Of a stretch of 64,000 bases of DNA, positions 9,993 through 20,951 are shown one piece after another. The notes under the pieces were generated by a model, which was not told where the DNA came from, did no database searches, and saw only the letters and a program-made list of their open reading frames with translations. The stretch comes from Methanocaldococcus sp. 16A (GTDB taxonomy: Archaea; AGJL01; Methanococci; Methanococcales; Methanocaldococcaceae). The stretch lies in assembly GCA_049860595.1 (NCBI GenBank), contig CP187551.1, one strand, 5' to 3'. Position numbers and translations under genes: made by a program. The number at the start of each line of letters is the position of its first letter. Position 1 is the stretch's first letter.

Positions 9993-11234
9993 TTATTCAA
10001 TCTTCATTTCTTTAATTCTCTTAGCTAACTCTTTACCCATGTTGTAGCAGTTTGTTAATTCATCTTCTGTTGGGACATAGTAGAGTTCATATTGGTTAAT
10101 AACTTCAAATCCACATTTTGCTAATTCTTCAGCAATCTTAGCTACTGCTCCACCATTACCTCCCATTGAACCAAATGCTATTGCCAATCTCTTAAATCCA
10201 GTTCTGTTGAATTTTAGACCTCTTAAGTAGTAAATTAAATCTCCAATTGATGGGTATGGTTCATCATATATTGTTGGAATTCCAAAGAGTACTGCCTTAG
10301 CATCTAATATATCTTTAACAATTTCACTTCTCTCATCTTCGTGTAAGAAATACATTACAACGTCAATTCCTTCACTCATTAAACCTTCTGCAAATGCATG
10401 AGCCATTTTTTGTGTTGAGTAGTGCATTGTATCGTAAATAATAACTGCCTTATCCTTAGCTGCTTTACCAGTAGCAAAGTCCTGATAAGCTTTAATAACT
10501 TTCATAGGATCTGTCCAAATTTGTCCATGTGATGGAGCAATCATTTTTATCTTTTCTAATAATCCTAAGTTGATAACTTCTTCAAATTTCTTCAATACGA
10601 GTTTTGATAATGGTGTGATTAAGTTTGCGTAGAACTTTTGATTTGCATCCATTAAGATGTATTCTGGAATATCTGTATCAAATCTCTTATGTGCTGGGAA
10701 GCATAAGTGCTGTCCAAATGCATCGTTTGAGAATAAAATCCCTCCTTCGTTATAGAAGGTGAACATACTGTCTGGCCAGTGCAATAAAGGAGCTTCTAAG
10801 AAAGTTAAAGTTTTACCTCCTAAATCAACAGTATCTAATGATTTAACTACTTTGAATGGTGCATTCTTTAATGATGGATAGTGCTTTTTCAATCCTTCAA
10901 CTGCTACTTCAGTACAGTATATTGGAGCCTCTGGGAATTTTTTATGAATTTCTGGTAAAGCCCCACTGTGGTCTTTTTCTACGTGGTTTTGAACGATTAC
11001 ATCAATTTTAAATTCCCTCCCCTCTTTTTCAAATGCATCTTTTATCCTCCCCCACATTTGAGCGGAGGTTCCTGGGTATGTGTTATCTATTATAGCAACT
11101 TTTTCATCCCCAAATACTAAGTATGCGTTGTATGTTGTTCCTTTTAGTGTATATCCGTGGTATTTTCTAATGTCCCAATCTAAAACCCCCACCCAATATA
11201 CACCATCTGCTATTTTAATTGCATCTGCTTTCAT
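9993..11234 (-). CDS. fprA: Flavodiiron protein / F420H2 oxidase
   Basis: [27 protein letters not shown] and flavodoxin domain. Confidence 0.93.
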   Translation of the reverse strand: MKADAIKIADGVYWVGVLDWDIRKYHGYTLKGTTYNAYLVFGDEKVAIIDNTYPGTSAQMWGRIKDAFEKEGREFKIDVIVQNHVEKDHSGALPEIHKKFPEAPIYCTEVAVEGLKKHYPSLKNAPFKVVKSLDTVDLGGKTLTFLEAPLLHWPDSMFTFYNEGGILFSNDAFGQHLCFPAHKRFDTDIPEYILMDANQKFYANLITPLSKLVLKKFEEVINLGLLEKIKMIAPSHGQIWTDPMKVIKAYQDFATGKAAKDKAVIIYDTMHYSTQKMAHAFAEGLMSEGIDVVMYFLHEDERSEIVKDILDAKAVLFGIPTIYDEPYPSIGDLIYYLRGLKFNRTGFKRLAIAFGSMGGNGGAVAKIAEELAKCGFEVINQYELYYVPTEDELTNCYNMGKELAKRIKEMKIE

Positions 11235-11382
11235 ATATTTCACCACCAATAGTCAATTTTCAACGTATATTTTTTAGTATTAATATCCTAACAATATTTT
11301 TGTATCTACTTTATGTATATATTACATTTACGGTTCGATGTTCGTATTACTAATATAAAATACAATTACATATTTTGGAATT

Positions 11383-11964
11383 TTAATCTTTTACAACTTC
11401 AACTTTAAAGTAACATGCATCAGCCCCCTGAGCCATACATTTTATTTCATCAACCACAACCGTTTTCTTTAATATGCATTCCATTGCTCCAGCTATTAGA
11501 CCAGCATCAAAATGACAGATTGGTTCATTAATATCTAAACCTCCACACATTGCACACTCTCTCACTTTTAAAATAAATGGTTTTCTGCTTTCAATTTCTA
11601 AAATTCCTAAATTATTTTTTCTAAAGAATGTTTTTAATTCTCTAATATTTTTTGGTTCTAAAAATTTTCCAAATTCATATCCCATTTCATATAGCGTTAT
11701 TTCAGAGCCTCTTTCTTTAATTTTCTTTATTACAATGTATATCATAATCCTAAAAAGCTCTAGTGGGATATATTCCCTAATTTTTCTGTCAGTATATTTC
11801 TTTTCATCAAATGTCATTTTTCCTTTGTCAAATCCTTTCTTTAAATGTTCAACTACTTCATTAACTAACTCATCATCATTTGACAAACTATTATCTTCTT
11901 TATCCACGATAATTTCTTTAAAAATCTCACTCATATCTTTATTCAATTTTATGTGGATATGCAA
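11383..11964 (-). CDS. V4R domain protein
   Basis: ECAMC...ICHFDAGLIAG...EIKC...CYF; probable TTG start after GGTGA. Confidence 0.8.
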   Translation of the reverse strand: MHIHIKLNKDMSEIFKEIIVDKEDNSLSNDDELVNEVVEHLKKGFDKGKMTFDEKKYTDRKIREYIPLELFRIMIYIVIKKIKERGSEITLYEMGYEFGKFLEPKNIRELKTFFRKNNLGILEIESRKPFILKVRECAMCGGLDINEPICHFDAGLIAGAMECILKKTVVVDEIKCMAQGADACYFKVEVVKD

Positions 11965-12351
11965 TGTATCACCTTTAAAACTTAATGAGTTGTAAAAAAT
12001 CAAACTAAGTTTGTAAAACTCAATTTATTGTTGGCTTATGTCCTTTACAAACACAGCTAAAGTATATACTATGGGACTTTAACAGAAATAAATGTTTTTA
12101 AATAAATATATAAACCGCAAAAGTTCTATACTAAACGTCTATAATTAAAGGTAAATAATAATTTTATCCGTCATTTTTTCGCATAAATTTCTTAAAAAAT
12201 ATACGAATTTCGAAAAAATTAAAAAATTTTTAAAAAAAGTTAGATTATATTTTAATTACTTTTATAATATTTTAATAATAGGACTTTCGCACTTTATGTA
12301 CTTAATGAAGGAAAATATAATTCCAAAGGTATCAAATATTTCTTTAAAGAT

Positions 12352-12717
12352 TTATTTCTGCGAAAATCTTACTAATACGTCAAAAACACTCAATGTTCCT
12401 ACAACTTCATCGTTTTCATTGACAACTGGATAAGCAATTTCTTCATTTTTAATCATCTCTTCTATAATCTCCTCTGTTAGCTCATCTTCTTCTTTTAAAA
12501 CTTTTATTTCATCAATAAACAACATTAAATCTTCAATTTTTGAATGCTTACATCCTGCAAGTAAATCTAAAGCAGTTATCCATCCAACCAATTTTCCTTC
12601 TTCTACAACTGGAGCATAATATTTTCTTTCTTTATATAGTAATTGAACCACCTCTCCTCCAATATCATTTGGAGAGATTTTTATGAAATCCCTATTCATA
12701 ATTTCTTTAACTTTCAT
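12352..12717 (-). CDS. CBS domain pair protein
   Basis: VKEIMN, PVV..GKLVGWIT..DL, YPVV...VVG.LS..D. Confidence 0.88.
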   Translation of the reverse strand: MKVKEIMNRDFIKISPNDIGGEVVQLLYKERKYYAPVVEEGKLVGWITALDLLAGCKHSKIEDLMLFIDEIKVLKEEDELTEEIIEEMIKNEEIAYPVVNENDEVVGTLSVFDVLVRFSQK

Positions 12718-12907
12718 TGATATCCCTCAAAATTAACTTGTAAAATTATACAAGATTTTTCTATTTTATTCTAAAAATCTTATTATGTTGAAAATTTTAT
12801 ATAGATTTTGTGCTGTTTTCATAACGCCCTATAAACTATTTATTAAAATATTTCGTAACAAAAATTATATATAATCTCAAATTATAAAATTTAAAATAGG
12901 TGGTACT

Positions 12908-13495
12908 ATGGTTTTAAAATCCAAAGAAGAGTTTAACAACGATTTTATAAACGAAATTATAGAAACTGGAAAAGATATTTTGGGGGAGGGGCATGTTGCC
13001 TCTTTTAAAGCTTGCTATCAATGTGGGACATGCACTGGAAGCTGTCCAAGTGGTAGAATAACTGCTTTTAAGACTAGAAAATTAATAAAATACGCTCAGT
13101 TTGGAATGAGAAAATTTGCTGTAGAAAGTGAGGATTTATGGATGTGTACTACATGCTATGAATGCTATGAAAGATGCCCAAGAGAAGTGAAGATTACAGA
13201 CATAATTAAAGTAATTAGGAATATCGCCGCAAGAGAAGGAAGAATGACAGAATCTCATAAAAAAACTGCATTATATGTATTTAAAACTGGACATGCTGTC
13301 CCAATTAATGAAGAAATAAAAAAGGCAAGGAAATCTATAGGTTTAACTGAGGTTCCACCAACAACACACAAATATCCTGAAGCATTAGAGATTGTTAGAG
13401 AAATTATGAAGGATTTAAACTTTTGTGATATGGTTGGGATATGCACTGAGACAATGCAATTAAAACCTGTTGAATGGAAAGACATGTCAGAATAA
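12908..13495 (+). CDS. hdrC: Heterodisulfide reductase subunit C
   Basis: [29 protein letters not shown]. Confidence 0.93.
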   Translation: MVLKSKEEFNNDFINEIIETGKDILGEGHVASFKACYQCGTCTGSCPSGRITAFKTRKLIKYAQFGMRKFAVESEDLWMCTTCYECYERCPREVKITDIIKVIRNIAAREGRMTESHKKTALYVFKTGHAVPINEEIKKARKSIGLTEVPPTTHKYPEALEIVREIMKDLNFCDMVGICTETMQLKPVEWKDMSE

Positions 13496-13509
13496 ATAAG
13501 GTGAATTTT

Positions 13510-14391
13510 ATGGAATTTGCTTTTTTCTTAGGATGTATAGCACCAAATAGGTATCCGGGTATAGAGAAAGCCACATATACAGCATTAGAAAAATTGGAAA
13601 TAAAGTTGCATCCATTTGAAAAGGCTTCATGTTGCCCAGCTCCAGGGGTTTTTGGTTCTTTTGACCTAAAAACATGGCTTGCTTTAGCGGCGAGAAATTT
13701 GTGTGTTGCAGAAGAGATGGGCTTAGATATCATAACAATATGCAATGGATGCTACGGTTCATTGTTCGAAGCAAATCACATCCTTCAAGAGAATGAAAAA
13801 GCCAGAAATATGGTAAATAAAGTTTTATCAAAATATGGATTGGAATATAAAGGGACTGTTAAAGTTAGACACCTACCAGAGGTCCTTTACTTTGACTTAG
13901 GTGTTGATGCAATAAGGGAAAAAGTAAAAAAGCCATTAAATATAGATGTTGCAGTGCATTATGGTTGCCATTACTTAAAACCAACTGATATAAAGCATTT
14001 AGAGGGTTCTGAAAGACCAAAGTCGTTTGATGAACTTGTTGAGGCACTTGGAGCTAAGTCAATAAATTATAAAGATAAAAACATGTGCTGTGGAGCAGGG
14101 GGAGGGGTTAGGGCAAGAAACCTTGATGTTGCTCTACAAATGACTGAAACAAAATTAAGAAATATAAAAGAAGCAGGAGCAGATTGTATCACAGACGTTT
14201 GCCCATTCTGCCACTTACAGTTTGATAGAGGGCAGGTAGAGATAAAAGAGAAGTTTGGTAGAGAATATAACATTCCAGTAATTCACTATTCCCAGCTTTT
14301 AGGATTAGCTATTGGAATGTCACCAAAAGATGTTGCATTAGATTTGCATTTTATATCAACTGAACCATTAATCGAGAAACTTGGATTGTAA
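13510..14391 (+). CDS. hdrB: Heterodisulfide reductase subunit B
   Basis: [43 protein letters not shown]. Confidence 0.95.
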   Translation: MEFAFFLGCIAPNRYPGIEKATYTALEKLEIKLHPFEKASCCPAPGVFGSFDLKTWLALAARNLCVAEEMGLDIITICNGCYGSLFEANHILQENEKARNMVNKVLSKYGLEYKGTVKVRHLPEVLYFDLGVDAIREKVKKPLNIDVAVHYGCHYLKPTDIKHLEGSERPKSFDELVEALGAKSINYKDKNMCCGAGGGVRARNLDVALQMTETKLRNIKEAGADCITDVCPFCHLQFDRGQVEIKEKFGREYNIPVIHYSQLLGLAIGMSPKDVALDLHFISTEPLIEKLGL

Positions 14392-14458
14392 AAAATTAGT
14401 AAAATATATATACCTACAAAAACAAAAAATTAATTTAGGAATTTTTTGGGGTGTTAAA

Positions 14459-14773
14459 ATGAAAAATGAAGTTTTCTTTGGGGAGGGGATGAAAGTAGTT
14501 AAAGAAAAATACCCTGATTTGTATGAAGCTATTGTTAAGTTAAATGAAGCAGCTTTCACAGGAAAAGTTTTAGACTATAAGACACAAAAATTAATAGCAA
14601 TAGGAATAGTTGCTTCAAAATGTGATGAAGTTGCAACAGAAAGGCAGATGAGGAGTGGAATGAAAGAACTCGGCATTACAAAAGAAGAGATTGCAGATGT
14701 TTTAAGAGTTGTTTTATTAACTAGTGGAATGCCTGCATTTATAAAAGCAATGAAAATCTTGGAAAAACTCTAA
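14459..14773 (+). CDS. Carboxymuconolactone decarboxylase/AhpD-like protein
   Basis: LD.KT.KLIAIG, G.TKEEI..V. Confidence 0.8.
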   Translation: MKNEVFFGEGMKVVKEKYPDLYEAIVKLNEAAFTGKVLDYKTQKLIAIGIVASKCDEVATERQMRSGMKELGITKEEIADVLRVVLLTSGMPAFIKAMKILEKL

Positions 14774-14808
14774 ATATTTAAAATTTTATTTTAAGGGGGA
14801 GGGGAATT

Positions 14809-15159
14809 ATGAACTATTTTTGTGGAATAAACAAAATGAAAGAAGGAAATGACTTTGAAAAAAAACACACACCATTTATTGACTGTCCAGATGTTGTTAA
14901 AGCAGATGAATATTTTGAAGTTAAAATATCAACTGGAATTCCACATCCTATGGAGGATGGGCATTTCATCCAATGGATTGAGGTGTTTATGGGAGATATC
15001 TACTTAGCAAGAGTTGATTTTACCCAATTCATGAAGCCAGAAGTAAAGTTAATGGTAAAAGCCCCTTCAAAGGGACATGATAAATTTTCATTAAAAGCTT
15101 TGATGAGATGCAACTTACATGGTATATGGGTGTATGAAAAAGAGATTAAATTAGAATAA
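14809..15159 (+). CDS. sor: Superoxide reductase (neelaredoxin type)
   Basis: EKKH.P, HPMEDGHFIQWI, CNLHG.W. Confidence 0.92.
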   Translation: MNYFCGINKMKEGNDFEKKHTPFIDCPDVVKADEYFEVKISTGIPHPMEDGHFIQWIEVFMGDIYLARVDFTQFMKPEVKLMVKAPSKGHDKFSLKALMRCNLHGIWVYEKEIKLE

Positions 15160-15268
15160 ACTTCTCCAATTTTTAACGAATTTAGTATGATTAATGATAA
15201 ATATAATATAGCAACATAAAAGAATATTGAACAAAAAATTAAAAAAACATTAAAATGGGTGAAAATGA

Positions 15269-15427
15269 ATGGCAAAATATCAATGTATGTGTGGTTGGAT
15301 TTATGATGAAAATGTGGGGGAGCCTTCTCAAAACATCCCACCAGGGACAAAGTTTGAAGAACTTCCTGACACATTTAAATGCCCACAGTGTGGTTTGGGG
15401 AAAAATGCATTTAGAAAAATAGAATAA
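15269..15427 (+). CDS. Rubredoxin (52 aa; missing from ORF track)
   Basis: Manual translation MAKYQCMCGWIYDENVGEPSQNIPPGTKFEELPDTFKCPQCGLGKNAFRKIE; GGTGA RBS. Confidence 0.93.
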   Translation: MAKYQCMCGWIYDENVGEPSQNIPPGTKFEELPDTFKCPQCGLGKNAFRKIE

Positions 15428-15428
15428 G

Positions 15429-15713
15429 GTGATGTATATGATAACAACAAATCATCCACTATATGAAGCTTTAAAAGACATTCAAGATTTCAAATTGAGA
15501 TTATTTGAATACTTCAAAGATAAAAAAGTTTTTCCAATAAAAAGTAAAGTTGAATTAGCAGCAGCTTTACCTTGCGGTTTATCACTACCATGTGGGGAGA
15601 TTGAAGCTGGAGAGTTAGTTAAATTATTAACTGACGATGATTTCCCAATAAAAGACCCTGAAGATTTAGCAATGAAATTGGCAAATAAATGCCTAATTGA
15701 AAAGAAAGAATAA
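15429..15713 (+). CDS. MTH865-like family protein
   Basis: FPI....L..ALP.G...AGE..KLL...DFP pattern. Confidence 0.7.
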   Translation: MMYMITTNHPLYEALKDIQDFKLRLFEYFKDKKVFPIKSKVELAAALPCGLSLPCGEIEAGELVKLLTDDDFPIKDPEDLAMKLANKCLIEKKE

Positions 15714-15728
15714 GTTGGTGAATATAAG

Positions 15729-16244
15729 ATGATTAAAGAAAATATCTTAGATGCCTTAAATAAACAAATAAATAAGGAATTTTACTCAGCATATCTCTAT
15801 TTATCTATGTCCGCCTATGCAGAATCTATTGGATTGAAAGGATTCGCTCAGTGGCTTAAAGTTCAAAGTCAGGAAGAATTAGACCATGCAATGAAGATAT
15901 ATAGTTATGTTATAGAAAGGGGAGGGAGAGTAAAATTATATGCCATAGAAGAGCCAAAAAATGACTGGATGTCGATTATTGAAGTGTTCGAAGATGGATA
16001 CAAACATGAACAACTTATGACTGAATCAATAAACAATTTAATGAGTTTAGCAATTTCTGAGAAGGATTATGCGACAGTAAATTTCCTACAATGGTTCGTA
16101 AATGAACAGGTTGAGGAAGAAGCATCTTTTTCAGAAATCTTAGACAAATTAAAATTAATTGGCGATGATAAAAGAGGATTATTTATGCTCGATAAAGAGC
16201 TTGGACAGAGAGTATATACTCCTCCAACAACAGAGAAAATTTAA
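15729..16244 (+). CDS. ftn: Ferritin
   Basis: [30 protein letters not shown]. Confidence 0.95.
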   Translation: MIKENILDALNKQINKEFYSAYLYLSMSAYAESIGLKGFAQWLKVQSQEELDHAMKIYSYVIERGGRVKLYAIEEPKNDWMSIIEVFEDGYKHEQLMTESINNLMSLAISEKDYATVNFLQWFVNEQVEEEASFSEILDKLKLIGDDKRGLFMLDKELGQRVYTPPTTEKI

Positions 16245-16260
16245 TTCTTTAGGTGAAAAT

Positions 16261-16446
16261 ATGACATGGTGGAAATGTTCAAACTGTGGTTATACATTTG
16301 AGGCAGAGAAACCCCCTGAAAAATGTCCAAACTGTGGGGAAATTTGCACGTTCTATGACGTAACCTGCTATACACCAGAATGTGGATGTCAAGGTTATGA
16401 CCCTAAATTAGTTGCGAGAAGACCAAACGAAGAAAGTAGATTCTAA
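16261..16446 (+). CDS. Small rubredoxin-like metal-binding protein
   Basis: WKCSNCGY...PPEKCPNCG...[10 protein letters not shown]; ATG after GGTGA. Confidence 0.8.
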   Translation: MTWWKCSNCGYTFEAEKPPEKCPNCGEICTFYDVTCYTPECGCQGYDPKLVARRPNEESRF

Positions 16447-16520
16447 TTTCGTCAATTTTACATCTTATTTTATCTTCAAACAAAAAAATAAAAAAATAAA
16501 TAAATGGGGGAGGGACACTT

Positions 16521-17189
16521 ATGTGTGAAGGAAATATACCTGTTATTGGAGAAAAATTTCCAGAAGTAGAAGTTAAAACTACTCATGGAACTATTAAATT
16601 ACCAGATTATTATGTAGAAAAAGGTAAATGGTTTGTATTATTTAGCCATCCTGCTGACTTCACACCAGTTTGTACAACAGAGTTTGTAGGATTCCAAAAA
16701 AGATACGATGAGTTTAGAAAACTAAATACTGAATTGATTGGGTTAAGTATAGACCAAGTTTTCTCTCATCTAAAGTGGACTGAATGGATAAAAGAAAAAT
16801 TAAATGTAGAAATTGAGTTCCCAATTATAGCAGATGATAGAGGGGAATTAGCAGAGAAATTAGGAATGATAAGCCCATACAAAGGGAATAATACAGTTAG
16901 AGCTGTATTCGTTGTAGATAACAAAGGGATAATTAGGGCTATCATCTACTACCCACAAGAAGTTGGTAGAAACTTAGATGAAATTGTTAGATTGGTTAAA
17001 GCTCTTCAAGTTTCAGATGAGAAAGGAGTAGCAATGCCTGCAAACTGGCCAGAAAATGATATAATTGGCGATAAAGTTATAATTCCTCCTGCATCATCAA
17101 TAAATGAGATAAAGCAGAGAAAAGAGGCTTGTGAAAAAGGAGAAATTGAGTGCTTAGATTGGTGGTTCTGCTACAAAAAGTTAGAATAG
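16521..17189 (+). CDS. Archaeal peroxiredoxin
   Basis: [25 protein letters not shown]. Confidence 0.95.
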   Translation: MCEGNIPVIGEKFPEVEVKTTHGTIKLPDYYVEKGKWFVLFSHPADFTPVCTTEFVGFQKRYDEFRKLNTELIGLSIDQVFSHLKWTEWIKEKLNVEIEFPIIADDRGELAEKLGMISPYKGNNTVRAVFVVDNKGIIRAIIYYPQEVGRNLDEIVRLVKALQVSDEKGVAMPANWPENDIIGDKVIIPPASSINEIKQRKEACEKGEIECLDWWFCYKKLE

Positions 17190-17366
17190 ATTAAATTTTA
17201 TTATTTAAATTTTAGTTGTGATACTTTATGATAGAGCTTAAAGTAGCATGTAAATTATAGTTTTGTGCAAAAATATGTAAATTAAATAAGGCATTAATAA
17301 ATATCGTCCTATTAAATGACTGAGCAGTGTTTGATTAATAAAAATCTTAAATAATAGGGGAATTTT

Positions 17367-17954
17367 ATGAAAGAAACCATTGTAAATTTGATAAAAGCAT
17401 ATATTGGAGAGAGTTTAGCAAGAAACAGATATACATGCTATGCAAAAATTGCAAAGCATGAAGGATATGAGCAGATAGCTGATATATTTTTATTAACTGC
17501 TGAAAATGAGAGAGAACATGCTAAATGGCTATATTATTTAATAACTGAACTAAAAAAGAAATACAACATTAATGAAAATTCAATAAAAGTTGATGATGTG
17601 GACGTTCCAATTGTTTTAGGAAATACCGCTGAAAATTTGAAAGCTTCTATTGAAGGAGAACATTATGAACACACAGAGATGTATCCAAAGTTTGCTGAAA
17701 TTGCAGAGAAAGAAGGGTTAAAAGAAATAGCTGAAAGGTTGAGAGCTATTGCAATAGCAGAAAAGCATCATGAAGAAAGATTTAAAAAATTATTAAAAGA
17801 GCTTGAAAACGGAACATTATATAAGAAAAATGAACCTGTAGAGTGGGTTTGTAAAAAATGCGGCTATACTCATCTTGGAAATGAACCTCCTGAAGAATGT
17901 CCATCTTGTAGTCATCCAAGAAAATACTTTGAAGTTAAATGTGAAAAATACTAA
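17367..17954 (+). CDS. rbr: Rubrerythrin
   Basis: GES.ARNRY, E.EHA, EKHHEERF, C-terminal CKKCG..CPSC. Confidence 0.95.
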   Translation: MKETIVNLIKAYIGESLARNRYTCYAKIAKHEGYEQIADIFLLTAENEREHAKWLYYLITELKKKYNINENSIKVDDVDVPIVLGNTAENLKASIEGEHYEHTEMYPKFAEIAEKEGLKEIAERLRAIAIAEKHHEERFKKLLKELENGTLYKKNEPVEWVCKKCGYTHLGNEPPEECPSCSHPRKYFEVKCEKY

Positions 17955-17968
17955 AATGGGGAGGAAAT

Positions 17969-18319
17969 ATGAAAGTTGCATTCTTAATTTTCTCATATTC
18001 AAACAAAGATAAACCCAACATGCCAGTAATGTTCCACACATTGTTGTTTGCAAATGAGATGAAAGAAAAAGGGGATGAAGTAAAGATTATATTAGAGGGG
18101 GAGGGAGTTCTATGGGCAAAAGATTTATTAAGTGAGAATCATCCATTAAAAAATCATTTTGAAAAATTAAAAGATGATCTTGTAGTTTGTGAGGCATGTG
18201 CAAGTATGTTTAACATTAAAGATGAAATTAAAGGAAAATTAAAGTTGGAGAATGATTTATTTGGGCATATTAGCTTAAAGAAATATTTGGATGAGGGCTA
18301 TAGAATAATTGAACTTTAA
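17969..18319 (+). CDS. DsrE-family protein
   Basis: V.IILEGEGV, CEACA motif. Confidence 0.7.
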   Translation: MKVAFLIFSYSNKDKPNMPVMFHTLLFANEMKEKGDEVKIILEGEGVLWAKDLLSENHPLKNHFEKLKDDLVVCEACASMFNIKDEIKGKLKLENDLFGHISLKKYLDEGYRIIEL

Positions 18320-18382
18320 AAATTAAATTTTTTATAATTATATTTTATAATTATAATCTCTTTTTTATTATAGGTGATTTTA

Positions 18383-19555
18383 ATGGTTGTTGAAATAAAG
18401 AAGGATATATTTTGGGTTGGTGTAATTGATTGGGAAATTAGGAATTTTCACGGCCATGAAACTCCATACGGTTCAACTTATAACTCATATTTAATAAAGG
18501 ATGAGAAAAATGTTCTCATTGACACTGCAAAAGATTATATGTTCATTGAATTAATAAACGGAATCTCAAATGTAATAAATCCAAAAGATATTGATTATAT
18601 AGTAGTTAATCACGTAGAGAAAGACCACAGTGGTTGTGTAGATAAATTAGTTGAAATTAGTAATGCTACTATAATAACCAACGAAAAAGGGAAAGAGCAT
18701 TTATCTTTATATTATGACACTGAAGGATGGAACTTTATTGTTGTAGATTCTGGAGATGAAATAAATATTGGAAATAGGACCTTAAAGTTTATAAGAACTT
18801 CAATGCTCCACTGGCCAGATAATATGATAACTTATTGTATAGAAGATAAGATTTTATTTTCAAACGATGCATTTGGACAACATATAGCAACTTCTGAAAG
18901 ATTTGACTATGAAATTGGAAAAATAATTTTTGAGCATGCAAAGGAGTATTTTGCAAATATTTTAATGCCATATAAAATGCTTATTCCTGATGTTGTAAAT
19001 TCTGTCAAAGAATTAGATATCGAGTTCATATGTCCTTCTCATGGAGTAATATGGAAAGAATACATAAACGAAATAATTGACAAATATTACGAATGGGCTA
19101 CTAACAAAACAAAAAATAAAGCAGTTATTGTTTATGACACAATGTATGGCTCTACTCAAAAGATAGCTCATGCAATTGCTGAGGGATTAATGGAAAAAGG
19201 TGTAGAAGTAAAGATTTATAGAGTTTCTGAAACTCCATTGAGTTTAATTATGACTGAAATCTTAGATGCAAAATATGTACTAATTGGCTCGCCAACTTTA
19301 AATAGAAATGTATATCCTGAAGTAGGTAAATTTTTATCATATATGGCGTGTATAAGACCTTACGATAAAATAGGAGTCGCATTTGGCTCTTATGGATGGA
19401 TGGAATGTGCTACTGAGAAGATTAAAATATTGATGGATAATTTAGGCTATAAGATAGTTGATGATGAATCTCTAAAAGTTAGATTTGCTCCTAAAGAAGA
19501 AGATTTAAAGAAATGTTATGAATTTGGTAAAAGATTAGCAGAAGAAGATTTATAA
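18383..19555 (+). CDS. fprA: Flavodiiron protein (second FprA paralog)
   Basis: [31 protein letters not shown]. Confidence 0.92.
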   Translation: MVVEIKKDIFWVGVIDWEIRNFHGHETPYGSTYNSYLIKDEKNVLIDTAKDYMFIELINGISNVINPKDIDYIVVNHVEKDHSGCVDKLVEISNATIITNEKGKEHLSLYYDTEGWNFIVVDSGDEINIGNRTLKFIRTSMLHWPDNMITYCIEDKILFSNDAFGQHIATSERFDYEIGKIIFEHAKEYFANILMPYKMLIPDVVNSVKELDIEFICPSHGVIWKEYINEIIDKYYEWATNKTKNKAVIVYDTMYGSTQKIAHAIAEGLMEKGVEVKIYRVSETPLSLIMTEILDAKYVLIGSPTLNRNVYPEVGKFLSYMACIRPYDKIGVAFGSYGWMECATEKIKILMDNLGYKIVDDESLKVRFAPKEEDLKKCYEFGKRLAEEDL

Positions 19556-19603
19556 CATTTTCAATTTTTTATTTAATTTTATTTTTTTATTTAGGGTGAA
19601 ATT

Positions 19604-20194
19604 ATGAAAATCTTTGGAATAAGTGGAAGTCCAAGATTGCAAGGAACTCATTTTGCAGTAAATTATGCTTTAGAATATTTAAAAGAGAAGGGAGCAGAGG
19701 TTAGGTATTTTTCTGTTCATAGAAAGACTATAAATTTTTGTATCCATTGTGATTACTGTATAAAAAAGAAAGAAGGTTGCATACATAAAGATGATATGGA
19801 GGAGGTTTATGAAAACCTTATCTGGGCTGATGGAATTATAATAGGAACTCCAGTTTATCAAGGAAATGTAACAGGACAATTAAAAACATTAATGGATAGA
19901 TGTAGAGCAATATTAGCAAAAAATCCTAAGATTTTGAGAGGTAAAATTGGAATGGGCATTGCTATTGGTGGAGATAGAAACGGTGGGCAAGAGATTGCTT
20001 TAAGGACAATACATGACTTTTTTATAATAAATGAAATGATTCCTGTGGGAGGGGGTTCTTTTGGAGCTAACTTGGGAGCTACGTTTTGGTCTAAAGATAA
20101 AGGTAAAAAAGGTATTGAAGAAGATGAGGAAGGGTTGAGAGTTTTGAGAAAAACACTTAATAGATTTTATGGGGTCTTAAAAAGCACTAAATAA
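19604..20194 (+). CDS. isf: Iron-sulfur flavoprotein
   Basis: SGSPR, CIHCDYC.....C, TPVY, GGQE. Confidence 0.9.
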   Translation: MKIFGISGSPRLQGTHFAVNYALEYLKEKGAEVRYFSVHRKTINFCIHCDYCIKKKEGCIHKDDMEEVYENLIWADGIIIGTPVYQGNVTGQLKTLMDRCRAILAKNPKILRGKIGMGIAIGGDRNGGQEIALRTIHDFFIINEMIPVGGGSFGANLGATFWSKDKGKKGIEEDEEGLRVLRKTLNRFYGVLKSTK

Positions 20195-20206
20195 AGAGGG
20201 ATAACA

Positions 20207-20779
20207 ATGCTAAAAATTGCATGGGGAATAACTGGATGTGGGGATAAACTTCCAGAAGTTGTTGAAATAATGAGAAATTTAAAAAATAAGTATAATTTAG
20301 ATATTGACGTATATTTATCAAAAAATGCAAAGATTGTTGTAAAGTGGTATAAACTTTGGCAAGTTTTAGAAGATGAGTTTTATGATTTAAGGGTTGAGGT
20401 TAATGCAAACTCTCCATTTTTGGTAGGAAAATTACAAACTGGAAAGTATGATTTATTTTTAGTAGCTCCAGCAACGGCAAATACAACAGCAAAGATTGCC
20501 TATGGTATAGCAGATACATTAATAACCAACTCAGTTGCCCAAGCAATGAAGGCGAGAGTTCCTGTCTATATCTTCCCACCAGATAATAAAAAAGGAAAAA
20601 TAGAAACAATCCTTCCAGGAAATAAAAAATTAACATTATACATGAGAGATGTTGATGTTGAAAATGTTGAAAAAATTAGAAGAATGGAAGGAATTGAAGT
20701 TTTAGATAAACCAGAAGATATAGAGAAGGTTATTTTAAAGCATATAGAAATGAAAAAGCAGAAAGAAAAAGAAGAATAA
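20207..20779 (+). CDS. afpA: Archaeoflavoprotein AfpA
   Basis: AWGITGCG, PATANTTAKIA.GIADTL. Confidence 0.85.
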   Translation: MLKIAWGITGCGDKLPEVVEIMRNLKNKYNLDIDVYLSKNAKIVVKWYKLWQVLEDEFYDLRVEVNANSPFLVGKLQTGKYDLFLVAPATANTTAKIAYGIADTLITNSVAQAMKARVPVYIFPPDNKKGKIETILPGNKKLTLYMRDVDVENVEKIRRMEGIEVLDKPEDIEKVILKHIEMKKQKEKEE

Positions 20780-20951
20780 ATTTTAATAATTTTTTATTTT
20801 ACTAAATCTATTAATCTAAATTCATTATTTTAATGTGAATATCGTTTTCAATAAAATTTTTGGAGACGATTTTCAAACCGTTAATGTTATTTATTCGTTA
20901 CTATATTAATGATTATCGTAAATCAAGTTAAAAATATACTTGGTGATAGGT

